Source of the DNA: an uncultured Gemmatimonadales bacterium
Lineage (GTDB): Bacteria > Gemmatimonadota > Gemmatimonadetes > Gemmatimonadales > Gemmatimonadaceae
Assembly: GCA_963851265.1 (NCBI GenBank)
Contig: CAWKNZ010000002.1
Location: 1,728,001 to 1,792,000, forward strand
DNA length: 64,000 nucleotides
Reading direction: 5' to 3'
This document shows positions 46,044-56,490 of this stretch, in pieces (the first letter of the stretch is position 1; the number at the start of each line of letters is the position of its first letter). The position numbers were made by a program, and so were the translations under genes. The notes beneath the pieces were generated by a model, which saw only the letters and a list, made by a program, of their open reading frames with translations, was not told the DNA's origin and did no database searches.

Positions 46044-47990
46044 TCACCGATCTGCGAGCGCGCGGAAGTAGTCTTCCAACCCGTCGGCGATCGCGCGCGC
46101 GTAGCGTTCGCGACCCGCCGCGGTTCGCATCGCGGCCTCCTGCTCGGGGAGCATCAGGAAGAGCCCCTCGGTGAGGGCCTCGGGCACCCACGTCGGACGC
46201 GCGACGGCAAGGTTCTGATAGTGGATGCCGAGGTCGCGCAGCCCGAGCCGACGGACGAGTTGGGACTGGAGCGCGCGCGCGAGCGGCTCGGCGTGCTGCT
46301 GGAAAAACAGCGTGCTCGAGCCGTTCGCGGTGAACGGATTGACGCCGTCCGGGAGCGCGTTCAGGTGCACGCTGACGAACGCGTGCGCGTTGGCTCGCCG
46401 CGCGAGCGTCGGGCGTTCCGCGAGACCCACCGGATCGGCCGTAGTGCGCGTCATGAGCACCGTCGCACCGCGCGCCCGGAGCAGATCGCGGACGCGCTCA
46501 CTCACCGGCAGCACCGCGACGGGCTCCCAGAGCCCGGTCGGACCGGTCGCCCCGCCCGGGGGATGGCCGGGGTCCACGACGATCGTGAGGCCGGCGAGCG
46601 GGCGCGCGCGGTCGACGGCAGGCGGCCGCCGGACGCGCACCACGAGCGCACTCCGCCCCGGATCCCACAGCACGAGATACCCGTACGGATCGCGCCCGAG
46701 CCGTAACGTGAGCCGCACGCGGTCGTCGGCCTGCTGTTCCCAGACGACCTGCCGCACGAGCGAGTCCGACGCAGTACCGCCGAGGCGCAGGACGTCGGGA
46801 GAGAGCGTGACGTCGTGCAGGATGACGTCGAGGTCGCGGCCGCGCTCGACCACCTCGTACGCGGGGCGGTCGGCCATGGGGAGTACGAGGTCGACCCAGT
46901 CCCGGGACGGCGTGACGCGCGCCGCCCCAACCACGCGTCGCGTCGGCGGGTAGCCGGGGGGTAGTGGGAGCACGGTCTGCTCGTCCACCCACGCCTGCAG
47001 CTGGCGGTCGAGGCGTACGCGCGCCATCCCGCCCACCACTGCGGTGCGTTCGAGCACCGTGCCTGGAAGGAAGAAGTACCGGTACGTTCCGTCGGGCGTC
47101 GGGCGGCCGACGATCGCCCGGTCGGTGTCGGGAACGGTCCCGGGGCGCACCGCCTCGGGGTGCCCGAGCTGGACGTACTCGTGCGCGTCCGGCGCGCCGA
47201 GTGCCTCGACGCGCCCGATCGGGAGGCGCACCGTGTCGGCGCCGCGGGCGGCCACGACACGCACACGACCGGCGGCGACGAGCCGCGCCGCGCGCACGTC
47301 GGTCGCCCAGACGACGATGGCGTCGGGATCGACGCCGCCCTCACCGCGCGCGCCGGCGGCGTCCACGAGCGAAACGCGCGTCGCAGACGCGGCCGCGGTA
47401 TCGGCCGCAGGCAGCTCCAGCCACACGCGTGCCCCGCGCGACGCGCGGACGCCGACGCGCACGCTCTCGTCGGCCGGGACGCGCGCGCGCACGTCGGGGA
47501 GCACGCTCGGGGTGTCCACCACGAGCGCGCCCGGACGCCCGGTCGCGCCGCGACCGGCAACGCGCACGGCCACCGACCCGCGCGCCGTGTCCGTGCCCCC
47601 CGCCGCACGGATGCGCGTCGCGACCACGTCGTAGCGCGCGGCGGCCGGAGACGGCGTCGGGAGATAGGCGAGGAAGGCCCCGTTGGGCGCGACCGGCACC
47701 GGCGCGCCGTTCACCGTCACCGACGCCGCCCCACTGCCCACGGCCCCGAACACGAAGGTCGAGTCGCGCGGCACGATCTGCCCCGCCGTCGGCCAGACGA
47801 CGCGCACCTCGAGGGCCCCGTCCACACGGGGGACGGGCGGCAGTCCCACGCCCGGATCGTCGCCGGCCGCGGCCGGCGTGGGGACCGGCGCGGGGGAGGG
47901 CGCCGTCGCTGGCGCTCGGGCGGGAGCGCACGCCGCGGCAACGGCCAGGGCGCCGACGGCGACGGTCGTCACGACGGGGGTGGACGCCAT
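46044..47990 (-). CDS. N-acetylmuramoyl-L-alanine amidase (Amidase_3), lipoprotein
   Basis: AVAAAC lipobox; VVDPGHPPG, E, LAERP, FVSVHLNA, LTEGLFL. Confidence 0.87.
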   Translation of the reverse strand: MASTPVVTTVAVGALAVAAACAPARAPATAPSPAPVPTPAAAGDDPGVGLPPVPRVDGALEVRVVWPTAGQIVPRDSTFVFGAVGSGAASVTVNGAPVPVAPNGAFLAYLPTPSPAAARYDVVATRIRAAGGTDTARGSVAVRVAGRGATGRPGALVVDTPSVLPDVRARVPADESVRVGVRASRGARVWLELPAADTAAASATRVSLVDAAGARGEGGVDPDAIVVWATDVRAARLVAAGRVRVVAARGADTVRLPIGRVEALGAPDAHEYVQLGHPEAVRPGTVPDTDRAIVGRPTPDGTYRYFFLPGTVLERTAVVGGMARVRLDRQLQAWVDEQTVLPLPPGYPPTRRVVGAARVTPSRDWVDLVLPMADRPAYEVVERGRDLDVILHDVTLSPDVLRLGGTASDSLVRQVVWEQQADDRVRLTLRLGRDPYGYLVLWDPGRSALVVRVRRPPAVDRARPLAGLTIVVDPGHPPGGATGPTGLWEPVAVLPVSERVRDLLRARGATVLMTRTTADPVGLAERPTLARRANAHAFVSVHLNALPDGVNPFTANGSSTLFFQQHAEPLARALQSQLVRRLGLRDLGIHYQNLAVARPTWVPEALTEGLFLMLPEQEAAMRTAAGRERYARAIADGLEDYFRALADR

Positions 47991-48122
47991 TGGCGGCAAG
48001 GTAGCCGGCCGCGAAATCTGGGGGTAACTTCGCGCGGACATGCCCCGCCCCTCGCGCGCAACCTCGACCGCCGCCGTTCGTAGGGCGCGTGTGTCGTCTT
48101 GTCTCTCTTCACGGCCGCGCGC

Positions 48123-49316
48123 ATGACCGACCAACACACCGCGACGTCCCAGGCGCGCATCAGCGCGCTCACCGACGTCGGGCGGATGCGCGAACACAAC
48201 GAGGACGCGTTCCTCGTGGCCGACCTCGCGACGTCCGACGTGCTGGACTTCGCGGTGCCCGGCGACGCCGCGACGGCACGCGTCCCGGAGCGTGTCTGCG
48301 ACCTGTCCGGCCCGGGCGTGCTGCTCATCGTCGCCGACGGGCTCGGTGGGGCGGCGGCTGGCGAGGTGGCGAGCCACCTCGCTGCGCGCGTCGCGCACGA
48401 AGCCCTTCGGCGCGCGTTCGCCGACGCCGGTCCGTCGCCATCGCGCGATCCGCTCGCCGTGGCCGCCGCGCTCCGCGAGGCGGTGCTCGCCGCGAACGAC
48501 GCCGTCCACCGCCTCGGGACCGAGCGGATCGAACTGCACGGCATGGCGTCGACGATCACAGCCGCGTACCTGCGCGACGACGCGGTGACGGTCGCCCAGG
48601 TCGGCGACAGCCGAGCCTATGTCGTGCGCGGCCCGGACGCCCGCCAGATCACCAAAGACCAGTCGCTCGTCCAGCGGCTCGTCGACGCCGGGGAGATGAC
48701 CCCCGAGCAGGCCGAGACGAGCATGCGCCGCAACATCATCCTGCAGGCGCTCGGTCCCGAGACGTCGGTGCGCGTGGACGTGACGCGCCAGACGCTCTGC
48801 CGCGGCGATCTGGTACTGCTCTGCAGCGACGGACTGTCTGGCCAGGTGCGCGCGGGCGAACTGGCACGCATGGCGGCGCGCGCGCCCGATCCGGGCGCGC
48901 TCTGCGCGGCGCTCGTGGCAGCGGCGAACGCGTCGGGCGGTCCGGACAACATTACGGTCATTGCCGCGCGCGTCTCAGGCGACGCGTTCGCCGCGCCGCC
49001 GGAGGGCGACGAAGAGGTCGGCACGGCCGGCGGCACTCCCGAGACCGGCGACTGCGAGCCCGTCGCGCCGCACCCTGTCCCCCTCGACGGGGACGCGCGT
49101 GCCGAAGCGGACGCGATCGGTACGGCGGCCATCCGGCCCGTCGGGGACGCCAACGGCGGGTCGCCGTACGTGCTTGCGGCACCGCCGCGCGGGGCGGCCG
49201 GCATCTCGGGCGGCGAAATCGCGCAGCGACAGGGGCGCGTTCGCGCCGTGTACGCGCTCCTCGTCGCGGCCGCGATTGCGGTTGCGGCGTGGACGTGGTG
49301 GGCGTTTGCGCGCTGA
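48123..49316 (+). CDS. PP2C-family Ser/Thr phosphatase with C-terminal TM
   Basis: DVGRMREHNED, VADGLGG, VGDSRAY, LCSDGL, GGPDNIT. Confidence 0.9.
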   Translation: MTDQHTATSQARISALTDVGRMREHNEDAFLVADLATSDVLDFAVPGDAATARVPERVCDLSGPGVLLIVADGLGGAAAGEVASHLAARVAHEALRRAFADAGPSPSRDPLAVAAALREAVLAANDAVHRLGTERIELHGMASTITAAYLRDDAVTVAQVGDSRAYVVRGPDARQITKDQSLVQRLVDAGEMTPEQAETSMRRNIILQALGPETSVRVDVTRQTLCRGDLVLLCSDGLSGQVRAGELARMAARAPDPGALCAALVAAANASGGPDNITVIAARVSGDAFAAPPEGDEEVGTAGGTPETGDCEPVAPHPVPLDGDARAEADAIGTAAIRPVGDANGGSPYVLAAPPRGAAGISGGEIAQRQGRVRAVYALLVAAAIAVAAWTWWAFAR

Positions 49317-49413
49317 GGTCGACGAGAGGTCGCGAGGTACCCGACAGCGCGCCGAACGCCAGCGCGCGGCACCGTGAGCGCCGGGCGCGTCGGCTGAGCC
49401 TGGCGCGCCCGGC

Positions 49414-50922
49414 TCAGCCTACGGCCGCGCCGGCCCGGCGTGCCGTGAGCCAGCGCGCCGCGGCCTGCTGCATCGCCCGGTCGCCGGACCACGCGCAGAG
49501 CGCCGGCGCGCCGAGGTCGGCCGCCGCCGCGCGCGGCGGCGCGAAGTGCACGACCGTCACGGCGCGCCCTGCGGCGCGCGAGCGTTCTACCGCGTCGTGC
49601 ACACGGTCGACCGTCGACTCGTCGTACGCGGGTCCTCCCGCGCGCACCCGCTCGCCGCCGAACAACGCGATGAGGAGGGGCACGTCGGCGCCGTACGTCG
49701 CGTCGTCGCCGCCGCTGACCTCGACGCCCGCGGTGGCGAGCGTCTCCGCGAACTCGTCGCGGCGTGGTGGCGCGGCGCCACGCGCGGCACTCGGGTCGCT
49801 CTCGTCGGCGGCGGTGCCGTCGACGACGAGGACGGCCGCCGCTGCGGCGAGCGGCGCGGGCTCGCCGCGCACGGCGTGGACCGCGCGTTCGGCGAGTTGC
49901 GCGCCCCACGCGGCGTCGGCGGCTGCCGGGCGGCGCCAGTCGTTCGGCGGGGCCGCCCACTGCGCCCACCGCAGCCGCCGGCGCACGCTCTGCTGCACGC
50001 GCACCGGGTCGAGCACGTGGCTCGCGAGCGCGCGCTCGAGCGCGGCCGCGACCGCGCCCACGTCGCCGGGGGCGAGCACCACGTCGCACCCCGCACCGAC
50101 CGCACGCACCGCGGCCTCACCCTCGTCGCCACCCGCGGGGACGAGCACGCCCGGCATGTCGAGCGCGTCGGAGACGACGAGGCCATCGTAGCGCAGCTGC
50201 TGCCGCAGCAGCCACGTGAGAATCTCGCGCGAGAGCGTGGCCGGCACGCCGCTCGGGTCGAGGGCCGGGTAGGCCACGTGCGCCGTCATGATCGACGCGA
50301 TGTTCGCGGCGAACGCCGCGCGGAACGGCGCGAGGTCCTGCGTGTGCAGGGTGTCGCGCGACGCGGTCACGGTCGCGGTGGTGCGGTGCGGGTCGTCCCG
50401 CGTGCGCCCGTGCCCCGGGAAGTGCTTGGCGCAGGCGAGCACGCCCTCGGCCTGGCACGCCTCGATCCACGCCGCCGCCAGCCGCGCGACGCGCGCCGGG
50501 TCGGCGCCGAGCGTGCGCGCACCGAGTACCGGATTGTCGGGCTCGACGTCGAGGTCGCAGACGGGCGACAGGTTCCAATTCACGCCGAGCGTGCGCGCCT
50601 CACGCGCCGTGAGGCGGGCCGCGCGGCGCAGCGCCTCAACGTCGTCCAGCCACGCGAGGGCGCCGAGCGGCGGAAGGCCGGTGGCGCCCGCGAACTGCTG
50701 CCCCGCGCCACGCTCGAGGTCGGCACCGAGCAGGAGCGGCGTGCGCGACCGCTGCTGGAGTTCCTTCGTGAGCGCGCGCACCGCGTCCTGCTCGCCGCCG
50801 TAGAGCAGAAAGCCGCCCACCCCGAGCGCGAGCGCGGCGTCGACGCGCGGACGCGCCGCGTCGAAGCGGCCGTCGGCGTCGGCGACGAGCGTGGGGACGA
50901 GCAGCTGAGCGACGGACGACAC
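49414..50922 (-). CDS. nagZ: GH3 beta-N-acetylhexosaminidase (NagZ-like)
   Basis: ADLERG, KHFPGHG, IMTAH, VSDALDM; downstream of anmK. Confidence 0.8.
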   Translation of the reverse strand: MSSVAQLLVPTLVADADGRFDAARPRVDAALALGVGGFLLYGGEQDAVRALTKELQQRSRTPLLLGADLERGAGQQFAGATGLPPLGALAWLDDVEALRRAARLTAREARTLGVNWNLSPVCDLDVEPDNPVLGARTLGADPARVARLAAAWIEACQAEGVLACAKHFPGHGRTRDDPHRTTATVTASRDTLHTQDLAPFRAAFAANIASIMTAHVAYPALDPSGVPATLSREILTWLLRQQLRYDGLVVSDALDMPGVLVPAGGDEGEAAVRAVGAGCDVVLAPGDVGAVAAALERALASHVLDPVRVQQSVRRRLRWAQWAAPPNDWRRPAAADAAWGAQLAERAVHAVRGEPAPLAAAAAVLVVDGTAADESDPSAARGAAPPRRDEFAETLATAGVEVSGGDDATYGADVPLLIALFGGERVRAGGPAYDESTVDRVHDAVERSRAAGRAVTVVHFAPPRAAAADLGAPALCAWSGDRAMQQAAARWLTARRAGAAVG

Positions 50923-50958
50923 GAAAGCGGGGCGGGCGGACGGGTACGGGGCGCCGCG

Positions 50959-52170
50959 TTAGGCGAGAACGCCCGCGGGCGCGAGCGCGCCGAGGACGCG
51001 CGGCCCCCGCGCGCCGGTCGCGCCGGGGACGTTCCCCGGCAGGTGCGCGAGGTGAAGATAGCCGAGCAGCGCGAACGCGACGGCCTCCTTGGCCTCGCCG
51101 TCGAAGAACGCGTCGTCGAAGCGCCGCACGCGGATGGGTAGCCCCGCGCGCGACAACTCCGCCGTGACGGCCGCCACGAGCGCGGGATTCCGGGCGCCCC
51201 CGCCGGAGAGCAGCGTTTCTGCTACGGGCTCCGCGACGAACCGCCGGTACGCGTCGGCGAGCGCCGCGGCGGTGAGCAGGACCGCCGTCGCGACCACGTC
51301 CTCGTCGCGCGCGAGGGGGTCGGCGGCGATGCACGCGGCCCGCAGACGCTCCGCGTACGCCGCGCCGAAGTGCTCGCGCCCCGTGCTCTTGGGCGGCGGT
51401 GCGGCGAAATACGGATCGCGGAGGAGCGCCTCGACGACGGCGCGGTTCGCCGTGCCCGCGGCGGCGAGGCGCCCGTCGACGTCGTAGGGCAGCTCGGGGC
51501 GCGCGGCGCGCACGATCGCGTCGACCACGGCCACCCCGGGCCCGGTGTCGAACGCGCGCACCGCGATCAGGTCGGGGGCGCCGCCGTAGGCGTCACGGGG
51601 CGGGAGCACGGTCACGTTGCCCATCCCGCCCAGATTCTGCAGCAGGCGCCAGTCACCCCCCGCAAACAGCAGCGCGTCGGCCATGGGGACGAGCGGCGCC
51701 CCCTGCCCGCCCGCCGCCACGTCGCGCGTGCGGAAGTCGTACACGACGTCGACTCCGACTCGCTCCGCGAGCACGGCGGCGTCACCGATCTGCCAGGTCG
51801 AATGCCCGGGCTCGTGCCAGATCGTGTGCCCGTGCGACGCGACGGCCCGCACCGACGCGCGCGCGACGCCCGCGTCGGCGAGGAGTGCGGTGGTCGCGTC
51901 GGCGAGCCACCCGCCGACGTCGGCGGCGAGTCGGCAGTAGTCGCGCGCGGTGCCTGCGTCCATCGCGTCAAGGAGGCGCGCGCGCTCCGCCGGCGTGTAC
52001 GCGCGCTGTACGAAGCCGAGCAGCTCGATCCCCGTCGGCACGCCTCCGTCGGTCCCGCGCTCGGACGACGTGAAGCGCACGGCCGCCGCGCTGATGCCGT
52101 CGCACGAGGTGCCCGACATCACTCCGACGTACACGTCGCGGACCGGCGTCGCGGCCCCGGCGTCGCTCAC
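50959..52170 (-). CDS. anmK: Anhydro-N-acetylmuramic acid kinase
   Basis: GVMSGTSCDG, SHGHT, GGQGAPLVP, NLGGMGN, FDTGPG, KSTGRE, KEAVAFA. Confidence 0.93.
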   Translation of the reverse strand: MSDAGAATPVRDVYVGVMSGTSCDGISAAAVRFTSSERGTDGGVPTGIELLGFVQRAYTPAERARLLDAMDAGTARDYCRLAADVGGWLADATTALLADAGVARASVRAVASHGHTIWHEPGHSTWQIGDAAVLAERVGVDVVYDFRTRDVAAGGQGAPLVPMADALLFAGGDWRLLQNLGGMGNVTVLPPRDAYGGAPDLIAVRAFDTGPGVAVVDAIVRAARPELPYDVDGRLAAAGTANRAVVEALLRDPYFAAPPPKSTGREHFGAAYAERLRAACIAADPLARDEDVVATAVLLTAAALADAYRRFVAEPVAETLLSGGGARNPALVAAVTAELSRAGLPIRVRRFDDAFFDGEAKEAVAFALLGYLHLAHLPGNVPGATGARGPRVLGALAPAGVLA

Positions 52171-53090
52171 GCCGCGACCGGCGGCGGTGCGCCGCCCGTC
52201 GCGCGCCGGATCACCCCGCCCGCGGCGGCGAGCGCGCGCTCCGCGCCCGCGGCATCGGTGTCGAGCGCGTGCATCACGATCGCCGTCTTCACCCGCCCGC
52301 CGGCGTCGGCGAGGAGCGCCTGCGCCTCCGCGCGCTCGACGCCGCACACCTCCATCATGATCCGCTCGGCGCGGTCGACGAGCTTCGCGTTGGTCGGGCG
52401 CAGGTCGACCATCAGGTTGCCGTAGGTCTTGCCGAGCCGGATCATCGCACCGGTCGTGATCGTGTTGAGGATCAACTTCGTCGCGGTGCCCGCCTTGAGG
52501 CGCGTCGAGCCGGTGAGCACCTCGGGCCCGGTCCGCGCGACGATCGCGTGGTCCGCGACCGCGAGCGTCTCGGGCGGCGGCGGCGAGCAGGCGACGATCG
52601 CGGTGACGGCGCCGAGTTCGCGCGCCCGGCCGAGCGCGCCGCGCACGTAGGGCGTGGTGCCGCTCGCCGCGATGCCGACCAGCACGTCGCCCGTGCGCAC
52701 GCCGCGCCCGTCGACGTCGCGCGCGCCGCCCTCGGGGCTGTCCTCGGCGCCTTCCTGCGCGCGGAACATCGCCGCGTCACCGCCGGCGATCATGCCCTGC
52801 ACCAGGTCGAACGGCACGCCGAACGTGGGCGGACACTCGCTCGCGTCGAGCACGCCGAGCCGGCCCGACGTGCCCGCGCCGGCGTAGAACAGACGGTGGC
52901 CGGCACGGAATGCCCGCTCGACGGCCGCGAGCAGCGCCGCGATGTGCTCCCGTTCGGCGGCGACGGCGTCGGCCACGGTGCGGTCCGCCGCGTTCATCGC
53001 GTCGACGATCTCCAGCGGCGAGGCGAGGTCGATGTCGGCGGTGCGGGGGTTGCGCTGTTCGGTCGGGCGAGGGTCGCGGACGCTGCTCAC
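52167..53090 (-). CDS. murQ: N-acetylmuramic acid 6-phosphate etherase
   Basis: TEQRNP, GAGTSGRLGVLDASECPPTF, EGAED, GSTRLKAGTATK, NLMVD. Confidence 0.95.
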   Translation of the reverse strand: MSSVRDPRPTEQRNPRTADIDLASPLEIVDAMNAADRTVADAVAAEREHIAALLAAVERAFRAGHRLFYAGAGTSGRLGVLDASECPPTFGVPFDLVQGMIAGGDAAMFRAQEGAEDSPEGGARDVDGRGVRTGDVLVGIAASGTTPYVRGALGRARELGAVTAIVACSPPPPETLAVADHAIVARTGPEVLTGSTRLKAGTATKLILNTITTGAMIRLGKTYGNLMVDLRPTNAKLVDRAERIMMEVCGVERAEAQALLADAGGRVKTAIVMHALDTDAAGAERALAAAGGVIRRATGGAPPPVAA

Positions 53091-53179
53091 GCGCGGGTCG
53101 GAAAGGGGCGGCGGACGGGCGGCTAAGTTACCGGCGGACGATTCCGCCCGACACCCCGTATTCTCTCGCCCGCGTCGCC

Positions 53180-55027
53180 ATGCGTCTGCCCGTGCGCCGT
53201 TCCTCGCCTTCGCTCCGTCCGAGGGTCGCGAGCGTCACGCCCGTCGCGCTCGCCGCACTCGTGACGTTCGCGGCCGTCGTTCCCGGAGTCGGACGCCTGG
53301 AAGGCCAGACGACCCGTCGCGCCGCGCCACGGCGTGAGCGCGCGCGGCCGCGCGCGGCCATCGCGGACGACTCGCTCCCAGCACGCCGCACGCCGACGTT
53401 CCCCGAGGGATGGTCGATGCCGACCGGCGCGCCCGCGATCACGGCCGCGCACGGGATGATCGCGAGCAACAGCGCGCTCGCGAGCGCCGCGGGCGTCGAG
53501 ATCCTCCGGCGCGGCGGCAACGCGGTCGACGCGGCGGTCGCGACCGGATTCGCGCTCGCGGTGACGTACCCCGTGGCCGGCAACATCGGCGGTGGCGGCT
53601 TCATGGTGATCCACTTCGCCGACGGCCGCGACGCCGCGCTCGACTACCGCGAGACGGCGCCCGCGGGCGCGACGCGGACGATGTACCTCGACGCGGCCGG
53701 GCAGCCGACCGAGAACAGCCGCGTCGGCCCGCTCGCCGCCGGCGTGCCTGGGTCGGTCGCGGGGCTCACGACCGCGCTCGCGCGCTACGGGCGGCTGCCG
53801 CTGGCGACGGTGATCGCGCCGGCCCTCCGCCTCGCCGAGCGCGGCTTCGTGGTCGACACCCCGCTCATGCGCTCGGTCCGGAGCGACAGCGCGAAGCTCG
53901 CACGCTACGCCGCCGATTCGCCGTTCCTGCCCGGCGGGCAGCCGGTCGCGGCCGGCTCGGTCGTGCGGCAACCCGAGCTCGCGCGCACGCTGCGGCGGAT
54001 CGCCGCGCACGGCGCCGCGGGCTTCTACCAGGGCGAAACGGCGGGCGCGATCGCCGATGAAATGCGCCGCGGCGGCGGGTTGATCACGGAGGACGACCTC
54101 GGGGGTTACCACCCGATCTGGCGAACGCCGCTCCGGACGACGTACCGCGGCTACTCGGTGTTGGGCATGCCGCCGGTGTCGAGCGGCGGCACGACGTCGT
54201 TCGAGATCCTCCACATGCTCGAGACGCACGACACGCTGCCCACGTTCGGCGGCGCGGCGTACGCGCACCTGATCGCGGAGGTCGAGCGGCGCGCGTTCAT
54301 CGACCGGAACAGCAAGCTGTGCGACCCCGCGTTCTGCACCGCGCCGGTCGCGGAGCTGACGAGCAAGGCGTACGCGCGCCGCCTCGCCTCGACGATCGAC
54401 GCGGCCCGCGCGACGCCGACGACGAGCGTGTCGACCCTGCCCGACCGCACGCACACCACACACTACGCCGTGGTCGACGCCTCCGGGAACGCGGTGAGCA
54501 CGACGACGACGCTCAACCTCGGCTACGGCTCGGGCGTGTTCGTGCGCGGCGCGGGGTTCTTCCTGAACGACGAGATGGACGACTTCGCCGCCGCGCCCGG
54601 CAAGCCGAACGCGTTCGGCCTGATCGAGGGCGAACAGAACGCGGTGCAGCCGGGCAAGCGGCCGCTCTCGTCGATGACGCCGAGCGTGGTGCTCGACCGC
54701 GCGGGCCGGACGCTGCTCGTGGTCGGGGCGGCCGGCGGGCCGACGATCATCTCGGGGACGACGCAGGTGATCGTCAACGTGCTCGACCATCGGATGTCGC
54801 TCGCCGACGCGATGCGCGCGCCGCGGCTGCACCATCAGGCGTTGCCCGACACGCTGTTCGCGGAGACGAACGGGCTCGCCGCGCCGGTGCAGGACTCGCT
54901 CGCGGCGATGGGGCACGCGGTGGGTTTACGGCCGCGGATGGTGAACGTGAACGCGGTGATGCGCGTGGCCGGGGGCTGGCAGGGGGTGAGCGAGCCCCGG
55001 GCGAGTGGGGCCGCGGCGGGGTACTGA
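53180..55027 (+). CDS. ggt: Gamma-glutamyltransferase
   Basis: GGNAVDAAVA, GNIGGGGF, HTTH nucleophile, NDEMDDF, KRPLSSMTP; signal peptide. Confidence 0.93.
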   Translation: MRLPVRRSSPSLRPRVASVTPVALAALVTFAAVVPGVGRLEGQTTRRAAPRRERARPRAAIADDSLPARRTPTFPEGWSMPTGAPAITAAHGMIASNSALASAAGVEILRRGGNAVDAAVATGFALAVTYPVAGNIGGGGFMVIHFADGRDAALDYRETAPAGATRTMYLDAAGQPTENSRVGPLAAGVPGSVAGLTTALARYGRLPLATVIAPALRLAERGFVVDTPLMRSVRSDSAKLARYAADSPFLPGGQPVAAGSVVRQPELARTLRRIAAHGAAGFYQGETAGAIADEMRRGGGLITEDDLGGYHPIWRTPLRTTYRGYSVLGMPPVSSGGTTSFEILHMLETHDTLPTFGGAAYAHLIAEVERRAFIDRNSKLCDPAFCTAPVAELTSKAYARRLASTIDAARATPTTSVSTLPDRTHTTHYAVVDASGNAVSTTTTLNLGYGSGVFVRGAGFFLNDEMDDFAAAPGKPNAFGLIEGEQNAVQPGKRPLSSMTPSVVLDRAGRTLLVVGAAGGPTIISGTTQVIVNVLDHRMSLADAMRAPRLHHQALPDTLFAETNGLAAPVQDSLAAMGHAVGLRPRMVNVNAVMRVAGGWQGVSEPRASGAAAGY

Positions 55028-55051
55028 CGCGGCGTTAGGCCGATGCGTCAG
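55024..55051 (+). terminator. Hairpin directly after the ggt stop (no U-tract)
   Basis: CTGACGC...GCGTCAG inverted repeat. Confidence 0.4.
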
Positions 55052-55233
55052 GCGGGGCCGGCGCGCAGGGCCCTGACCGGCCGGGCCACGGTACGGATCG
55101 AGCACCGACGCCGGGGGTGACGAGCCGAGGGATGATTCATTCCCGGCGGTCACGTCCCCAGCCCGATGTTCGATCGACAACTAGCCCCGGCCGGTCACGG
55201 CCTGCGAGACCGCACCAACCCGGCTCGCCCCCG

Positions 55234-56307
55234 TCAAATCCCCGGATCCGCCGCGCTGCCCGCGCGCGCCAGTCTGACCTGCACCCCATCATTCAACCGC
55301 ACCCGGATCGAGGCGCCGTCGTTGAGGCAGCCCTCGTAACGCGCCGTCGCCGCCGCCACCCCGGCGCCGGCCGCCGTGCCCGCCGCGGCGCCGATGATCG
55401 TCCCCTTCGCGCCGCCGCCGATGATGCGGCCGAGGATCGCGCCGGCCACCGCCCCGCCGATCACCTTCTGCGGGTCCCTGCTCGCACCGCCGTTCTTCAC
55501 TCGCGAGACGTCGGCCGTCTCGGTGGTGGCCGACACGCCGTACGTGTGACCGCCGTAGTTGAGCGATACGACGCGGAGACCCAGGTCGATCGGGTCGTTC
55601 GTGTTCCCGCTCCCGCTCACGCTCGTCACCTCGACGTTCGCCGTCGCGCCCGCCGGGATCGTCGCGCCGTTGCTCCCCGCCACCGCCTGCGAGAGCGACG
55701 CGGTGAAGTGGTCGCCGACGCTCGTGTTGTTCGTGCAGACGCGGCGGTTGGAGGCGAGCAGGAGCGTCGAGCCGGCCGGAATCGTGCCGACGCCGCCGCG
55801 CTCCGCGTCGTTGCGCGGTGCCGGACCCGGTGCCGGACCCGGCGCCGGGCTCGCGGCGGGTGCCGGCGCGGTCGCGACCGTGTTCGGGATGCGCGGCGCG
55901 TCCGAGTTCGTCCGCGTCGGCGTGCGCGGGGCCCGCTCGCGGATCACCTCGCGCACGATCTCGCGGCGTGGCGCGGGCGCGGGCGCCGGTGTCGCCGCGG
56001 CAGGGGCGGACGCCGGCGCGGGCGTCGCCGGCGCACCGGCGGCCGGCACGTCCTGCAGCTGCGGCTGCGGCGCGGACTGCTGGTTGGCGAGCGAGAGGTC
56101 GCGCGCGAGCGCCGTGTCGGAGTTGAGCGCCGCGGCGGCGTCCTGACGGCGCGTGTCGCCGCTCGAACAGGCGCCCAGCGCGACACCAAACGCGGCGCTG
56201 GCTGCGGCGCTCAGGGCCGCGCCCGCGAGCCCGCGCGACGCGAACCGGCGGGAGGCGCCGGAGCCCTGTTGGCGGGAGGCCGACCGGCGAGCGGTATATT
56301 CAGACAT
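55234..56307 (-). CDS. Hypothetical lipoprotein with Pro/Ala linker and glycine-zipper-containing C-terminal domain
   Basis: ALGAC lipobox, LARDLSLA, IPAGS/IPAGA beta repeats, IGGAVAGAILGRIIGG..GTIIGAAAG. Confidence 0.78.
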   Translation of the reverse strand: MSEYTARRSASRQQGSGASRRFASRGLAGAALSAAASAAFGVALGACSSGDTRRQDAAAALNSDTALARDLSLANQQSAPQPQLQDVPAAGAPATPAPASAPAAATPAPAPAPRREIVREVIRERAPRTPTRTNSDAPRIPNTVATAPAPAASPAPGPAPGPAPRNDAERGGVGTIPAGSTLLLASNRRVCTNNTSVGDHFTASLSQAVAGSNGATIPAGATANVEVTSVSGSGNTNDPIDLGLRVVSLNYGGHTYGVSATTETADVSRVKNGGASRDPQKVIGGAVAGAILGRIIGGGAKGTIIGAAAGTAAGAGVAAATARYEGCLNDGASIRVRLNDGVQVRLARAGSAADPGI

Positions 56308-56490
56308 GCGGCAGATCCTGGGTGGTGAGGGGTGGGGATGGCGGGAGTGGCCTTCCGCAAACAACACGCGCGACCGGGGGTCCCCCGCTGCGCCGCACTC
56401 CGGAATACCCGCTCCGCCCGACGTGGTGCCTCGCCAGCGGCCGACCGCCACGGCGCGGTCGGCGCCTGCGCAGCGCGCGGAAGCGGCGCC

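Noticed and set aside
55817..55849. 12-bp tandem repeats here and near 58539-58570
   Set aside because: They are in-frame repeats encoding Pro/Gly linkers, not CRISPR or mobile-element repeats
56355..56372. Sigma54 promoter upstream of the glycine-zipper lipoprotein
   Set aside because: TTGC is present but the -24 position reads CG rather than the invariant GG
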